Source: an uncultured Alphaproteobacteria bacterium (lineage in GTDB: Bacteria > Pseudomonadota > Alphaproteobacteria > Rhizobiales > Xanthobacteraceae). From it: a stretch of DNA of 64,000 nucleotides. This document shows positions 1 to 10,021 of the stretch, one piece after another. Under the pieces are notes generated by a model that saw only the letters and a list, made by a program, of their open reading frames with translations, had not been told where the DNA came from and did no database searches. The number at the start of each line of letters is the position of its first letter. The stretch's first letter is position 1. The position numbers and the translations under genes were made by a program. The stretch spans positions 88,099 through 152,098 of the forward strand of contig CAVTYA010000041.1 in NCBI GenBank assembly GCA_963738765.1, given 5' to 3'.

Positions 1-617
1 CCAAGTCGCCCTGGCGAGGAGATTTCTCGACTTCTTCATGCGTGATTCGCATGCGGTTTTATCCATATAAGTGAACGAACGATCATTTCTTGAATTTGGA
101 TGCTCTACTTGTGGACGTCGGCGAGGCCAGCGTTCGGCCCCGCGAACGCTCCTTGGTTCCGCGCCGGCCAACGACTCGATGCGGCGCCGGACCGCGGCGC
201 GACCGGACAACGTCTCGGCAACGAGTTGTCGCTGATCCCTTCGTTGCGGCAGCAAATGCGTTGCGCACCGGATGGCGTTCGCGGCGGACCTTGGCTTCGC
301 TCCAGGTCTGCGCCGCCGCTCGCTTGATGCGCGGACAAATTTTCTCTGTGCGATTGCGAAGCGATTGAACAACGAGAACTCGCCGCGGGAAGCGCTGATC
401 ATCAGCAAGTGCGATCGGCGCGTGATGTCCACACTTCGTTGCCAAGCCGTAATGAAAAAGCGTTGCCACGCATTACGGCTTTGCGCGCGGCGCCGATCAC
501 ATTTTTATCGCACGAAATTCATTCCGAAACGGTGCTGCGATCGGCGAAAAATCATGTCGCGGATTCTGGCAATGACGCTGGCATCCGTGCAAGAAAAATA
601 GAAAAGGGAAAAATAAC

Positions 618-884
618 ATGCTCAACAAGCTACTCGGAGCGGTCGCAATGGCCGCCGTCGCTTACGCCGTCGTTCCCGTCAACGCCGCCAAGATCGGTGG
701 TGCTGGCTGCAGCGGCCCGAACCTCGCCAAGACCGAATCCACGATCGACACCATGGCGGATGGTGAAGGCAAGATCATGGCCCAGAAGGAAGTCGCGATG
801 GCGCAGGACGCGATGCTGAACGGCAAGATGGCTGCGTGCGGCATGCACCTCAGCAAGGCGATGCACGCCGGCATGATGAAGTAA
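618..884 (+). CDS. small secreted Cys/Met-rich hypothetical protein
   Basis: 88-aa ORF with N-terminal signal-like stretch, purine-rich RBS, followed by a GC hairpin. Confidence 0.75.
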   Translation: MLNKLLGAVAMAAVAYAVVPVNAAKIGGAGCSGPNLAKTESTIDTMADGEGKIMAQKEVAMAQDAMLNGKMAACGMHLSKAMHAGMMK

Positions 885-942
885 GCCGTCTTACGCGAAG
901 GGCCGATTGCCTTGCGATCGGCCCCTCACTGACTTCGAACTT

Positions 943-1770
943 TTACGGCGCGTGCGCCAGCTGCGTTGCGAAATAGCCGATGGTCTTGGCGTAAACCTCG
1001 CTCTTGTTCCATTGCTGGATCACAGCGAAATTAGCACTTCCCGGCTCCCAGTCCTTGCCGCGTTGCCAGCCGTAGCTGGCGAGGAAGTTCGCGGTCGATG
1101 CCAGCACATCGGGCGGACTACGCAGCAGATCGCGGCGGCCGTTGCCGTCGAAATCGACCGCATATTTCATATAGGATGACGGCATGAACTGGGTCTGGCC
1201 GATTTCGCCGGCCCATGCGCCGCGCATGTCCTGCGGCGCGATGTCGCCGCGCTCGATGATGCGCAGGGCATCCATCAATTCGGCCTTGAACATGTCCGAG
1301 CGCCGGCAGTCATAAGCCAATGTCGCCAGCGAACGCATGGTCGGAAATTTCCCGATGTTGACACCGAAATCGGTTTCCAAACCCCAGATCGCCACCAGCA
1401 CTTCGGGGGGCACGCCATAGGTCTGTTCGATGCGCCCAAGCACCGAACCATACTGCTTGAGCATATTGGAGCCGCGGGTGAGCCGGGGCGGGACCATGCG
1501 GCCGGAAAACTGCTCGAAACTTTGGCTAAAGACCGCTTGCGAGTGGTCTCGCGCGAGGATCGCCTTGTCGAGGGTGACCCCGGCCAGGCCGGCTGCGATC
1601 GTGGGCTGTGAAATCCCCTTGGACGCGGCCTCCTTTTTGAAGTCTTCGAGCCAGGCTTCGAACGTACCGGTGCCGCAGGGCGCCGCGAGCGCCGGTGCTG
1701 CGGAGGCCATAAGCAGCGCACCCAGCGCAATAGCGCCGAGAGAGAAACGGGAGGTCATTGGGTCATTCAC
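943..1770 (-). CDS. lytic murein transglycosylase (MltB/SLT_2 family)
   Basis: IWGLETDFG, GAWAGEIGQTQFMPSSY and VDFDGNGRRDL motifs; signal peptide. Confidence 0.92.
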   Translation of the reverse strand: MNDPMTSRFSLGAIALGALLMASAAPALAAPCGTGTFEAWLEDFKKEAASKGISQPTIAAGLAGVTLDKAILARDHSQAVFSQSFEQFSGRMVPPRLTRGSNMLKQYGSVLGRIEQTYGVPPEVLVAIWGLETDFGVNIGKFPTMRSLATLAYDCRRSDMFKAELMDALRIIERGDIAPQDMRGAWAGEIGQTQFMPSSYMKYAVDFDGNGRRDLLRSPPDVLASTANFLASYGWQRGKDWEPGSANFAVIQQWNKSEVYAKTIGYFATQLAHAP

Positions 1771-1985
1771 TCCGAGGTCGACTCGTCATCGACAATAGTA
1801 TCGGAACCAGACGAAATGTTCGCGGCAACCGCGGCCAAAACAAGGCTGCCGTTTGCCGATCGACGAACGCATGGCCCTCCTTGACGCCCAATTCATAGGC
1901 AGCCCCGACGGCCTCAGCACGAGAAAAGCCGCCGGTCGACGAATCGACCGGCGGCCTGACCATGAGCCGTTACGGCGCCGTCTGC

Positions 1986-2900
1986 CTACGCGCCACCCTT
2001 GCGCCGCCATGGAAACAGGTTGGCCGGGAAGTCTGCCGCAGGCTTGCGTTCGCGCGGCGCGCGCGGCGGCAGCGGCTGCGGATTGAGTTCAGGTTCGATC
2101 ACGGCCCGGTAGAGATGCCAGGTGGCGTGGCCCAGCAGCGGAATGACGATCGCAAGGCCAAGGAAGAACGGCAGCGATCCCGCGACCAGCAGCACCGCCA
2201 CGATCAATCCCCACGCCGCCATCGGTATCGGGTTTCGGGCGACCGCACGCAGCGATGTCACCATGGCATCGCCCGCGCCGGCATGCCGGTCGAGCATCAG
2301 CGGGAACGAAACGACGCTGATACAGAGCGCGACCAGTGCGAACAGGAAGCCGACGCTGCAGCCCGCCACGATCAGCCACCAGCCCTGCCGGGTGGTAAGC
2401 ACGCGCTCTGCAAAATTCGGAATGTCCGCCGCCGTCTCATAACCGAACGCCGCGACGTAAATGGCCTGTGCCGTTGCGATCCAGGTCACGAACAGGGCAA
2501 ACAACAATACGCCGAGCCCGAGCATGGCGCCGAACGAGGGCGATCGGAATACGTCGATCGCATCCCACGCCGAGGCCGATTCGCCACGCTCGCGGCGGCG
2601 GCTCAATTCATAGAGGCCAAGCGCTGCGAACGGGCCGAGCAGAGCAAATCCGGCCGCGAGTGGAAACAACAACGGCAGCACGGCATATCCCAGCACCGTG
2701 CGCGCCAGCACGAGGCCAAGCACGGGGTAGATCACGCACAGGATGATGGCGTGGCTTGGTACCGCCTTGAAATCCTCCCAGCCGAGTTGCAGAGCCCGAT
2801 GCAGGTCGGAGAGGCCGATGGTTCGGATAACCGGCGCAGCCGGAGTCTCCGGTCCGGTCTGCGTCAGTGATGTGACATTGCCTTGAATTGGAGTGGCCAT
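1986..2900 (-). CDS. DUF2189-like integral membrane protein
   Basis: multiple TM segments, GFALLGPFAALGLYELSRR and PLLGHATWHLY; start taken at MATPIQ after GGGAG. Confidence 0.85.
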   Translation of the reverse strand: MATPIQGNVTSLTQTGPETPAAPVIRTIGLSDLHRALQLGWEDFKAVPSHAIILCVIYPVLGLVLARTVLGYAVLPLLFPLAAGFALLGPFAALGLYELSRRRERGESASAWDAIDVFRSPSFGAMLGLGVLLFALFVTWIATAQAIYVAAFGYETAADIPNFAERVLTTRQGWWLIVAGCSVGFLFALVALCISVVSFPLMLDRHAGAGDAMVTSLRAVARNPIPMAAWGLIVAVLLVAGSLPFFLGLAIVIPLLGHATWHLYRAVIEPELNPQPLPPRAPRERKPAADFPANLFPWRRKGGA

Positions 2901-3206
2901 GGTCGTCGTCTCCCTTCGGCGGCCGCATTTTGCGCGCGCGGGAGGCGCACAAACGTGCCGTTCCTCGAATTGATCGCGATCAGGCCAGACGCGAAGACAG
3001 GAAAGTGGAACGGGCCATGTCGCGAACTGAGTGAGCAGCGTACTCCCAAACCGAGACAGAAGCACTCACGCTTCGGTGAATGTCGCATTGGCAAGTCTCG
3101 CCCGGCTCGGTAAAGTCGCGACGCGATCCCGGTCAGGTGATGCCGGTCAAAAAGTCACCCCATCTTGAAGACTTCACCCCTTCTTTACGTGCACTGGGAG
3201 CGAACG

Positions 3207-3596
3207 ATGAGCATTTTCGGAAAAATCATGAGCGCGATCTTCGGCAGCTCGGCGACCGCAGCGCCCGCCGGCGGCGGCGCGGCCGCGGCACCGGCTGGCG
3301 GATCGCCGGCCGCAGCACCGGCGTCGGCGCCTGCGCAAACCGTCGACGTCGCTCCCATCCTGGACAAGGCCGTGGCCGCCAAGGGCGAAAAGCTGGAATG
3401 GCGTACCTCAATCGTCGACCTGATGAAGGCGCTCGATATCGATTCCAGCTTTGCCGCGCGTAAGGAGCTTGCCAAGGAGCTCGGCTACACCGGCGACAGC
3501 AACGATTCCGCCAGCATGAACATCTGGCTGCACAAGCAGGTGATGACCAAGCTTGCCGCCAACGGCGGCAAGCTGCCGCCGGAAATCAAGCACTGA
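3207..3596 (+). CDS. DUF3597 domain protein
   Basis: MSIFGKIMSAIFG, Ala/Pro linker, LEWRTSIVDLMKAL...SASMNIWLHK. Confidence 0.88.
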   Translation: MSIFGKIMSAIFGSSATAAPAGGGAAAAPAGGSPAAAPASAPAQTVDVAPILDKAVAAKGEKLEWRTSIVDLMKALDIDSSFAARKELAKELGYTGDSNDSASMNIWLHKQVMTKLAANGGKLPPEIKH

Positions 3597-3617
3597 ACCA
3601 GAGCAATGCTACAATGC

Positions 3618-3646
3618 AAAAGGCCCGCGGTGACGCGGGCCTTTTT
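3618..3646. terminator. bidirectional intrinsic terminator
   Basis: AAAAGGCCCGCG-GTGA-CGCGGGCCTTTTT between convergent genes. Confidence 0.85.
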
Positions 3647-3705
3647 GGTTTGTCGAAGGCCGAACGAAGCGGTCGCCTACAGCCTCTGTGTGCGGGTGTG
3701 TCAGC

Positions 3706-3984
3706 TCACCCCGTCAGGTCCGCAAACTCCGGATGCTTCCGCAAATAATCGACCACGAATCCGCAGCCGGCGATCACCTTGCGCCCGTCGGCGCGGATCA
3801 ACTCCAGCGCGCCCTTGACCAGTTCCGAGGCGATGCCGCGGCCGCGCAGGGCGCGCGGGGTTTCGGTGTGGGTGATAATGACAGCCGCCGGTGTCAGACG
3901 GTAATTCGCAAACGCCACCGTGCCTTCGACGTCAAGTTCGAAGCGGTTTTGCGTTTTGTTGTCCCGGACGGTTTCGGTCGCCAT
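3706..3984 (-). CDS. small GNAT N-acetyltransferase (YjdJ-like)
   Basis: ITHTETPRALRGRGIASEL...CGFV motif. Confidence 0.88.
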   Translation of the reverse strand: MATETVRDNKTQNRFELDVEGTVAFANYRLTPAAVIITHTETPRALRGRGIASELVKGALELIRADGRKVIAGCGFVVDYLRKHPEFADLTG

Positions 3985-4085
3985 GCCACTACTTTCGATC
4001 AAGAGGTTTCTTCATCCATTTAGGCGCGTGAACCCGGCGACGCAAATCCGCGACGAAGGGGAAATCGGCTGCATGGATTGGCCAA

Positions 4086-5045
4086 ATGCGCATTTTGACC
4101 TGCCTGACCGCATCGCTCGTGGGCGCTGCCCTGACATTCGCGCAGCCGCTTGCCGCATCGGCTGAAGGCGAGCAGACCGGGAACGAGCAGATCTGGCAGA
4201 GCTGCATCGGTGCTACCACCACCGCCGAAGACCGGGTGACGGCCTGCAGCGCCGTAATCGACGGCAAGACCGAGACCGGCAACAAGCTCGCCGGCGCCTA
4301 TTGCAACCGCGGCTACGGCCTCACCGAAAAGCGCGAGCTCGACGCCGCGCTGGCCGATCTCAATGAGGCGATCCGGCTCGAGCCTGCCTTTCCCTGCGCT
4401 TACACCAACCGCGGCCGCGCCTATGCCTTCAAGCGCGATCTCGACCACGCCATAGCCGATTACGATGAGGCGATCCGGATCGATCCGACGTTTGCGCTGG
4501 CCTACAACAACCGCGGCGACGCCTGGCTCGGCAAAGGCGACATCGACCGCGCGCTGGCCGATCTCAATGCCGCCATCAAATTCAACCCGTCGCTCGCGAT
4601 CGCCTATGGCAACCGCGGCTACGCCTATCAGCGCAAGCACGACACGGCGCGTGCGCTCGCCGATTACACCATGCAGATCAAGCTCGAGCCCGACCTGCTT
4701 GCCTACATCAACCGCGGCAATGTCTATCGCGATACCGAGCAGCTCGATCGCGCCGCCGCCGACTATGGTGAGGCGGCCAGGATCGCGCCGACCGACGCCC
4801 GCGGCTGGCGCAACCGCGGAATGATCCGGCTGTTCCAGGGCGACAACAAGGGCGGTCTCGCCGACTACGACAAGGCGCTGCAATACGACCCGGCCGACGC
4901 CTTTTCGTGGAACAATCGCGCCCAGGCCAAGAAGCGGCTTGGCGACAAGGCCGGCGCGATCGCGGATTTCAAAAAGGCGCTGGAGATCAGTCCCGGCCTG
5001 CGCACGGCGCGCGATGGGTTGCAGAAGCTCGGTGCCGCGCAATAG
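4086..5045 (+). CDS. secreted tetratricopeptide repeat protein
   Basis: signal peptide plus repeated AYxNRG...AIADY TPR units. Confidence 0.9.
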   Translation: MRILTCLTASLVGAALTFAQPLAASAEGEQTGNEQIWQSCIGATTTAEDRVTACSAVIDGKTETGNKLAGAYCNRGYGLTEKRELDAALADLNEAIRLEPAFPCAYTNRGRAYAFKRDLDHAIADYDEAIRIDPTFALAYNNRGDAWLGKGDIDRALADLNAAIKFNPSLAIAYGNRGYAYQRKHDTARALADYTMQIKLEPDLLAYINRGNVYRDTEQLDRAAADYGEAARIAPTDARGWRNRGMIRLFQGDNKGGLADYDKALQYDPADAFSWNNRAQAKKRLGDKAGAIADFKKALEISPGLRTARDGLQKLGAAQ

Positions 5046-5202
5046 ACCGCAAAATCGCCGCCGGCGGGCCTTGCAGGCGGCCGCGGTTTGCCTACGTCTT
5101 CTCCAAGACATACGCCCCCGATGCGGCCGGATGGTCGTTTGGAATCGGAGTGTCGTGATCGCCCGCCGCTGACGTATGCCTCTTTTCAAAGGGAGGTCTA
5201 CC

Positions 5203-5607
5203 ATGTCGGATTTTCGTTTTTTGAGAACGCATCGCCCGTGGGAGGACTGGGCCGGCATGCTGCTCGGCGTGCTGATCCTGGTGTCGCCCTGGTTTCCCTT
5301 GCAGGCCGGCGGTGAGATCGTCGATGCCGAACGCAGCCACATGATCCTCAATGCGTTTGTGGTCGGCATGCTGGTGTTTGGTGTCGGCCAGCTCGAATAT
5401 GTCGCACTGCAGCGGTGGGAGGAGGGCGCGGCTATCGCGCTCGGTCTGTGGCTGATCGCTTCACCTTTCATCTTTGGCTATTCCGGCGACAACATACTCC
5501 GGGTTTGGCATGCGACGCTGGGCGGATTGGTGGTTCTGTTGGGCGTACTGCAGCTCTGGCAGGACTGGCGCCTGAGCGATCAGGAACTCGCCAAGCATTC
5601 GCAATAG
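5203..5607 (+). CDS. SPW-repeat membrane protein
   Basis: WEDW..LLG..VSPW and WEE..LGLWLIASPF repeats; GGGAGG RBS. Confidence 0.85.
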   Translation: MSDFRFLRTHRPWEDWAGMLLGVLILVSPWFPLQAGGEIVDAERSHMILNAFVVGMLVFGVGQLEYVALQRWEEGAAIALGLWLIASPFIFGYSGDNILRVWHATLGGLVVLLGVLQLWQDWRLSDQELAKHSQ

Positions 5608-5680
5608 TTTTTCGCGATCGGGCCTGCCGGCTTGCAGTTGGCCGGCAGATCCTCGATTGGCAATCTCCTAACCCTTGCTC

Positions 5681-6217
5681 CTAACCCTTGAGCGAGGCCG
5701 CGAGCATGTCGCGGATCGACCATGGCTCGCCATCGCTGGCGCCCTTGATATCGTCGATCTTCCACTCGGCGCCGTCGCGCACGAGGTCATAGCGCACGGT
5801 GCGATCGGCGGGCTTTGCCGGCGGCGTGTTGCGGCCGGTGAGGGTGACCGCGATGATGGCCTTTTCCGCCTCCAGCTTCTCGGCGACCACCTTGAACGAC
5901 TTGACGTCCGGCTCCTGCGAATTGGTGACGGGATCAAAATCAATCGGGCCGATATCGCCCTTCGGGGTGTGGGCGTCGGCCTTCGCCCATAACGCGACCA
6001 GCGATTTCGACAGGTACTTTGCCTTCGCGGCCTGGTTCTCGATCACGAAGCCGCCGCCGCCATCACCTTTGCCCTTGGCGGCGCGGGTGTAGATGGCGGT
6101 GACAATTCCGACGGGATCGTTCGCGGCCGGCGGCGGCGCCGCCGCCGCAGGGCGCGACGCGGTGGCGGCAAGCAAGCCGGCGGTTGCGGTGAAAATCAGC
6201 TGTCGACGGGTGACCAT
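5681..6217 (-). CDS. DUF3828-like secreted protein
   Basis: TRRQL Tat-like signal, IDFDPVTNSQE, WKIDDI. Confidence 0.8.
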   Translation of the reverse strand: MVTRRQLIFTATAGLLAATASRPAAAAPPPAANDPVGIVTAIYTRAAKGKGDGGGGFVIENQAAKAKYLSKSLVALWAKADAHTPKGDIGPIDFDPVTNSQEPDVKSFKVVAEKLEAEKAIIAVTLTGRNTPPAKPADRTVRYDLVRDGAEWKIDDIKGASDGEPWSIRDMLAASLKG

Positions 6218-6305
6218 GGTGCTCCTCAAATCGGGCGGTGCTTATAGACGGGAATGCGGGGCTGCATCATGGTGATAGCAGCGAATCCGTCGCCGGGAGG
6301 CTGCC

Positions 6306-6434
6306 ATGGCCAATGAAAAGGGCCCCAACATCAAGAAGAAGCAGAAGTGCAAGAATTGCGAGGGCAAGGGGCTGCTCAAGAAGGGCGACAAGGTGGTGAA
6401 GTGCCAGCGCTGCAAGGGGACGGGGCTGCGCTAG
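6306..6434 (+). CDS. 42-aa basic microprotein with two DnaJ-type CxxCxGxG zinc knuckles
   Basis: GGGAGG 5 nt upstream of ATG; MANEKGPNIKKKQKCKNCEGKGLLKKGDKVVKCQRCKGTGLR; absent from the ORF track (too short). Confidence 0.75.
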   Translation: MANEKGPNIKKKQKCKNCEGKGLLKKGDKVVKCQRCKGTGLR

Positions 6435-6460
6435 ACGCTGTCTGGTGAGGTCATGCGGGG

Positions 6461-7945
6461 CTATTTCTTCGCCCGGCGCTTCGCTGTTTTTCTGGCTTTC
6501 ACGGCTTTCGTCGCTTTCGCGGCCACCTTGGTTCGAGCCTTTTTCTTCTTCGGCAATGGCTTCTTCTTCGGCAATGGCTTCGGCTTGGCCGGGTGCTTGG
6601 CCCGGTCGATCAGGAACGACCGGAACTGCTCCACGGCAAGCTGCGCATCATCCCTAGGCGTCCGCGCCGCTGACCGCGTCATCAGGGCATTGCGGACGTT
6701 CGGCTCGCTGATTTGCGCTGCCAGATGATGCCCGAGTTCGATCATGGATTTCTGATTGTCCGACAGCTCGGTGCTTTCCGGCGTCGCGTGCAGGGTCGGG
6801 ATGTTCGATTTCGGCAACAGACCGTAGGTCGGCCGCGGCGTCTTGCGCAGATACTTTGCGAACGTGTTGGTGCTGGCCGAGCCGACGCGATCGCCGAGCA
6901 GATTTGTCAAATTCCATTTGTCGAGCAGGAATTTCAGCAGGCTGGTGTGGTCGAAAGTATCGTTGATGACGCCCTGGTCCAGCCACGGCGACAAAAGGAT
7001 AGTGGGCACCCGCAGGCCGAGCCGGTCGAACTTGAAGCCGGTTGCATCGGTCCTGTTATCCGGACGTACCGCAGCCGGCGGATCGACATGATCGTAGAAC
7101 CCGCCGTGCTCGTCATAGGTGATGACCAGCAGCGAGTTCTGCCAGAGCGCGTCGTTGGCGCGCAGCGCGTTGTAGACGTCGAAGATCAGTTGCTCGCCGC
7201 GAAACACGTCCGACAGCGGGTGCTGATCGTTTTGCGAGACCTTGTCCCACGGAAACGTCCCGTAATTCGGCTCGATGAAGCAGTATTGCGGAAAATCCGC
7301 CTCAGGACCCTGAGCGGCAATATAGAAATACCGCATCGGATCGACCCAGGGCGCATGCTTCAAGACCAGCGTCTGGGAGACATCGCCGTCGCCGTAGTAG
7401 ATTTTCCAGGAGATGCCGTTGTCGCCGAGCAGATCATACAGCGTCCACTGGTCCCAATTATTGCCGATGCTGTTGGTGGTGTAGCCGAGCGAGGTCCCGG
7501 TGTGCACGAAGACGCGGTTGGGCCAGGTCGGCCCCGGCATCGACGAAAACCAGCGGTCGCACACCGTGTATTGCCTGGCCAGCGTTTGCAGATTGGGCAG
7601 CACGCCGTCGTCATAGTAGCCCATGATCTCCTGGCGCTGCATCCAGTCCGTCGCGGGATAGGTGGTGGCGAAATCGGTCACGAAGCCGAGGTTCGGCCCC
7701 TTCTGCTGGTTCGCCACATTCGGGTACTCGTGCATCGGATCGGGCGTCACGGTGCGCGATATCGTCGGCTGCATGACATGCCGGATCGGCGGCTTTGGCG
7801 TCGGACTGGTGTCGTCGTTCCAGTGATTGGCCGCGGTGCCCTTGATCCCGCCGCCGCCAATTCGTTCCGGAAACAAGGCGCCGAGCATCCGGTCGAAGGA
7901 GTTGTTCTCCAGCATCAGGACAATGATGTGGTCGAGCGAAGCCAT
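6461..7945 (-). CDS. phosphoesterase / phospholipase C family protein with Lys-rich C-terminal tail
   Basis: DHIIVLMLENNSFDRMLG, PGPTWPNR, ITYDEHGGFYDHV, GLRVP, DHTS; true start MASLDH after GGGAGG. Confidence 0.9.
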   Translation of the reverse strand: MASLDHIIVLMLENNSFDRMLGALFPERIGGGGIKGTAANHWNDDTSPTPKPPIRHVMQPTISRTVTPDPMHEYPNVANQQKGPNLGFVTDFATTYPATDWMQRQEIMGYYDDGVLPNLQTLARQYTVCDRWFSSMPGPTWPNRVFVHTGTSLGYTTNSIGNNWDQWTLYDLLGDNGISWKIYYGDGDVSQTLVLKHAPWVDPMRYFYIAAQGPEADFPQYCFIEPNYGTFPWDKVSQNDQHPLSDVFRGEQLIFDVYNALRANDALWQNSLLVITYDEHGGFYDHVDPPAAVRPDNRTDATGFKFDRLGLRVPTILLSPWLDQGVINDTFDHTSLLKFLLDKWNLTNLLGDRVGSASTNTFAKYLRKTPRPTYGLLPKSNIPTLHATPESTELSDNQKSMIELGHHLAAQISEPNVRNALMTRSAARTPRDDAQLAVEQFRSFLIDRAKHPAKPKPLPKKKPLPKKKKARTKVAAKATKAVKARKTAKRRAKK

Positions 7946-8183
7946 GGATGCCTCCCTGTCGCCGGTGACGGACAAGGCTAATGCGCCGATCCCGGAAGCA
8001 CAACTGAAAATGGTTGTGGTGGCGCCTGCACTACTTCGCCTCGCACCGCCCGCGCGTTCAAGATGCCGCAGTGAACCGGGGTTCCGGCGGGCCTTGCCGA
8101 ACCCGACGCGATGACGATAAACCAGAGCGGAAAACCTGGCCTGGGCGCGTTCAACAAGCCCCGTTTGAGAAGAGGAAACATCC

Positions 8184-8384
8184 ATGAAACTCGTGCTGAC
8201 CTTGCTCGGCGTCGTCCTGCTCGTTGTCGCCGCGGTGTATTTCGTGCTGCCGGCCGACCAGTTGCCGGGCTTCTTCCCCGGCCACGAGGCGGGCGTGACG
8301 CACCCCCACACCAAGCACGGTATTGTCGCAGGCGTGGCCGGCCTCGTGCTGCTGGCGGCCGGCGTCTGGATGGGGCGCCGATGA
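8184..8384 (+). CDS. small membrane protein
   Basis: 66 aa, two TM helices around LPGFFPGH; GAGG RBS; ATGA overlap with the next gene. Confidence 0.75.
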   Translation: MKLVLTLLGVVLLVVAAVYFVLPADQLPGFFPGHEAGVTHPHTKHGIVAGVAGLVLLAAGVWMGRR

Positions 8385-10018
8385 GCGCCGTCAGCGCGGC
8401 CGCGCCGCGCGGCGGCCTGGCGCGGATGTCGCGCCGGGTGATGAATCTCGCCTATCTGGTCACCCAAAATGCCCGCCGGCATGGCAATCGCATTGGCTTT
8501 ATCTGGGGCGAAAAATCCTGGAGCTGGCGCGAAATCGACAGCCTGGTTTCGGCGCTGGCGGCAGCCCTGGCGGAGCGCGGCGTCGGCAAGGGCGACCGCA
8601 TCCTGGTCCACTCCAAAAACTGCGACGAGATGTTCTGGTCGATGTTTGCGGCCTTCCGCCTTGGCGCGGTCTGGGTCCCGACCAATTTCCGCCTGATGCC
8701 GGACGAGGTCGCCTGGCTTGCCACCGCCTCCGGCGCGAAAGCGTTTTTGTGCCATGGCGATTTTCCCGATCATGCCGCAGCGGCCGCCAACCCCGCGCTC
8801 GAATTCATCTGGCGGATCGGTGAGGGCGCCTTCGGCGAAAAATCCGTCAGCGGTGCGATCGCCGCCCATGCCGGCGCCAGGGTCGAAAACACCGCGGTCG
8901 ACTACGACGATCCCTGCTGGTTCTTCTTTACCTCGGGCACGACCGGCCGCTCCAAGGCGGCGGTGCTGACCCACGGCCAGATGGCTTTTGTGGTTACCAA
9001 CCACCTCGCCGATTTGATGCCCGGCACCACCGAGCAGGATGCCTCGCTGGTGGTGGCGCCGCTGTCGCATGGCGCCGGCGTGCATCAGCTGGTGCAGAGC
9101 GCGCGCGGCGTGCCGACCATTCTGCTGCCATCGGAAAAATTCGATATCGCCGAAGCGTTCCGGCTGATCGAAAAACACCGTGTCAGCAACATTTTTACGG
9201 TGCCGACGATCCTGAAGATGATGGTCGAACACCCCGCGGCCGACAAATACGACCATTCCTCGCTGCGCTTCATCATCTATGCCGGTGCGCCGATGTACCG
9301 CGAGGACCAGAAGGCGGCGCTGAACAAGCTCGGCGCGGTGCTGGTGCAATACTTTGGGCTGGGCGAAGTCACCGGCAACATCACCGTGCTGCCGCCGGCG
9401 TTGCATGATCCCGAGGACGGCCCGCATGCGCGGATCGGCACCTGCGGGTTCGAGCGCACGGGCATGCAGGTTTCGATCCAGGGCGACGACGGCCACGAGC
9501 TGAAGCCGTTCGAGACCGGCGAGATCTGCGTGATCGGCCCCGGCGTGTTCGCCGGCTACTACGACAACCCCGAGGCCAACGCCAAAGCGTTTCGCGACGG
9601 CTGGTTCCGCACCGGCGATCTCGGCCACATGGACGACGAGGGTTTTGTCTATATCACCGGCCGCGCCTCCGACATGTACATCTCCGGCGGATCCAACATT
9701 TATCCGCGCGAGGTCGAGGAGAAGATCTTGACGCATCCGGCGGTCGGCGAAGTCGCGGTGCTCGGCGTGCCGGATCCGTTCTGGGGCGAGGTCGGTGTCG
9801 CCGTCTGTGTCGCGCGCGAGGGCGCGACCCCCGTGAGCGAGGCGGAGCTGGCGGCGTTCCTGTCGCCAAAGGTGCCGCGCTACAAAATGCCAAAGCGGTT
9901 CTTCTTCTGGGATGCGTTGCCGAAGTCCGGTTACGGCAAGGTGCCGAAGCGGCTGATCCGTGACGAACTGGAGGCGCGCGGGCTCTTGGACGTTGTCGCC
10001 AAATCGACGGGTACGTGA
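8381..10018 (+). CDS. acyl-CoA synthetase (AMP-binding)
   Basis: FFTSGTTGRSKA, FGLGE, GWFRTGDLG, SGGSNIYPREVE, LPKSGYGK. Confidence 0.92.
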   Translation: MSAVSAAAPRGGLARMSRRVMNLAYLVTQNARRHGNRIGFIWGEKSWSWREIDSLVSALAAALAERGVGKGDRILVHSKNCDEMFWSMFAAFRLGAVWVPTNFRLMPDEVAWLATASGAKAFLCHGDFPDHAAAAANPALEFIWRIGEGAFGEKSVSGAIAAHAGARVENTAVDYDDPCWFFFTSGTTGRSKAAVLTHGQMAFVVTNHLADLMPGTTEQDASLVVAPLSHGAGVHQLVQSARGVPTILLPSEKFDIAEAFRLIEKHRVSNIFTVPTILKMMVEHPAADKYDHSSLRFIIYAGAPMYREDQKAALNKLGAVLVQYFGLGEVTGNITVLPPALHDPEDGPHARIGTCGFERTGMQVSIQGDDGHELKPFETGEICVIGPGVFAGYYDNPEANAKAFRDGWFRTGDLGHMDDEGFVYITGRASDMYISGGSNIYPREVEEKILTHPAVGEVAVLGVPDPFWGEVGVAVCVAREGATPVSEAELAAFLSPKVPRYKMPKRFFFWDALPKSGYGKVPKRLIRDELEARGLLDVVAKSTGT

Positions 10019-10021
10019 GCG

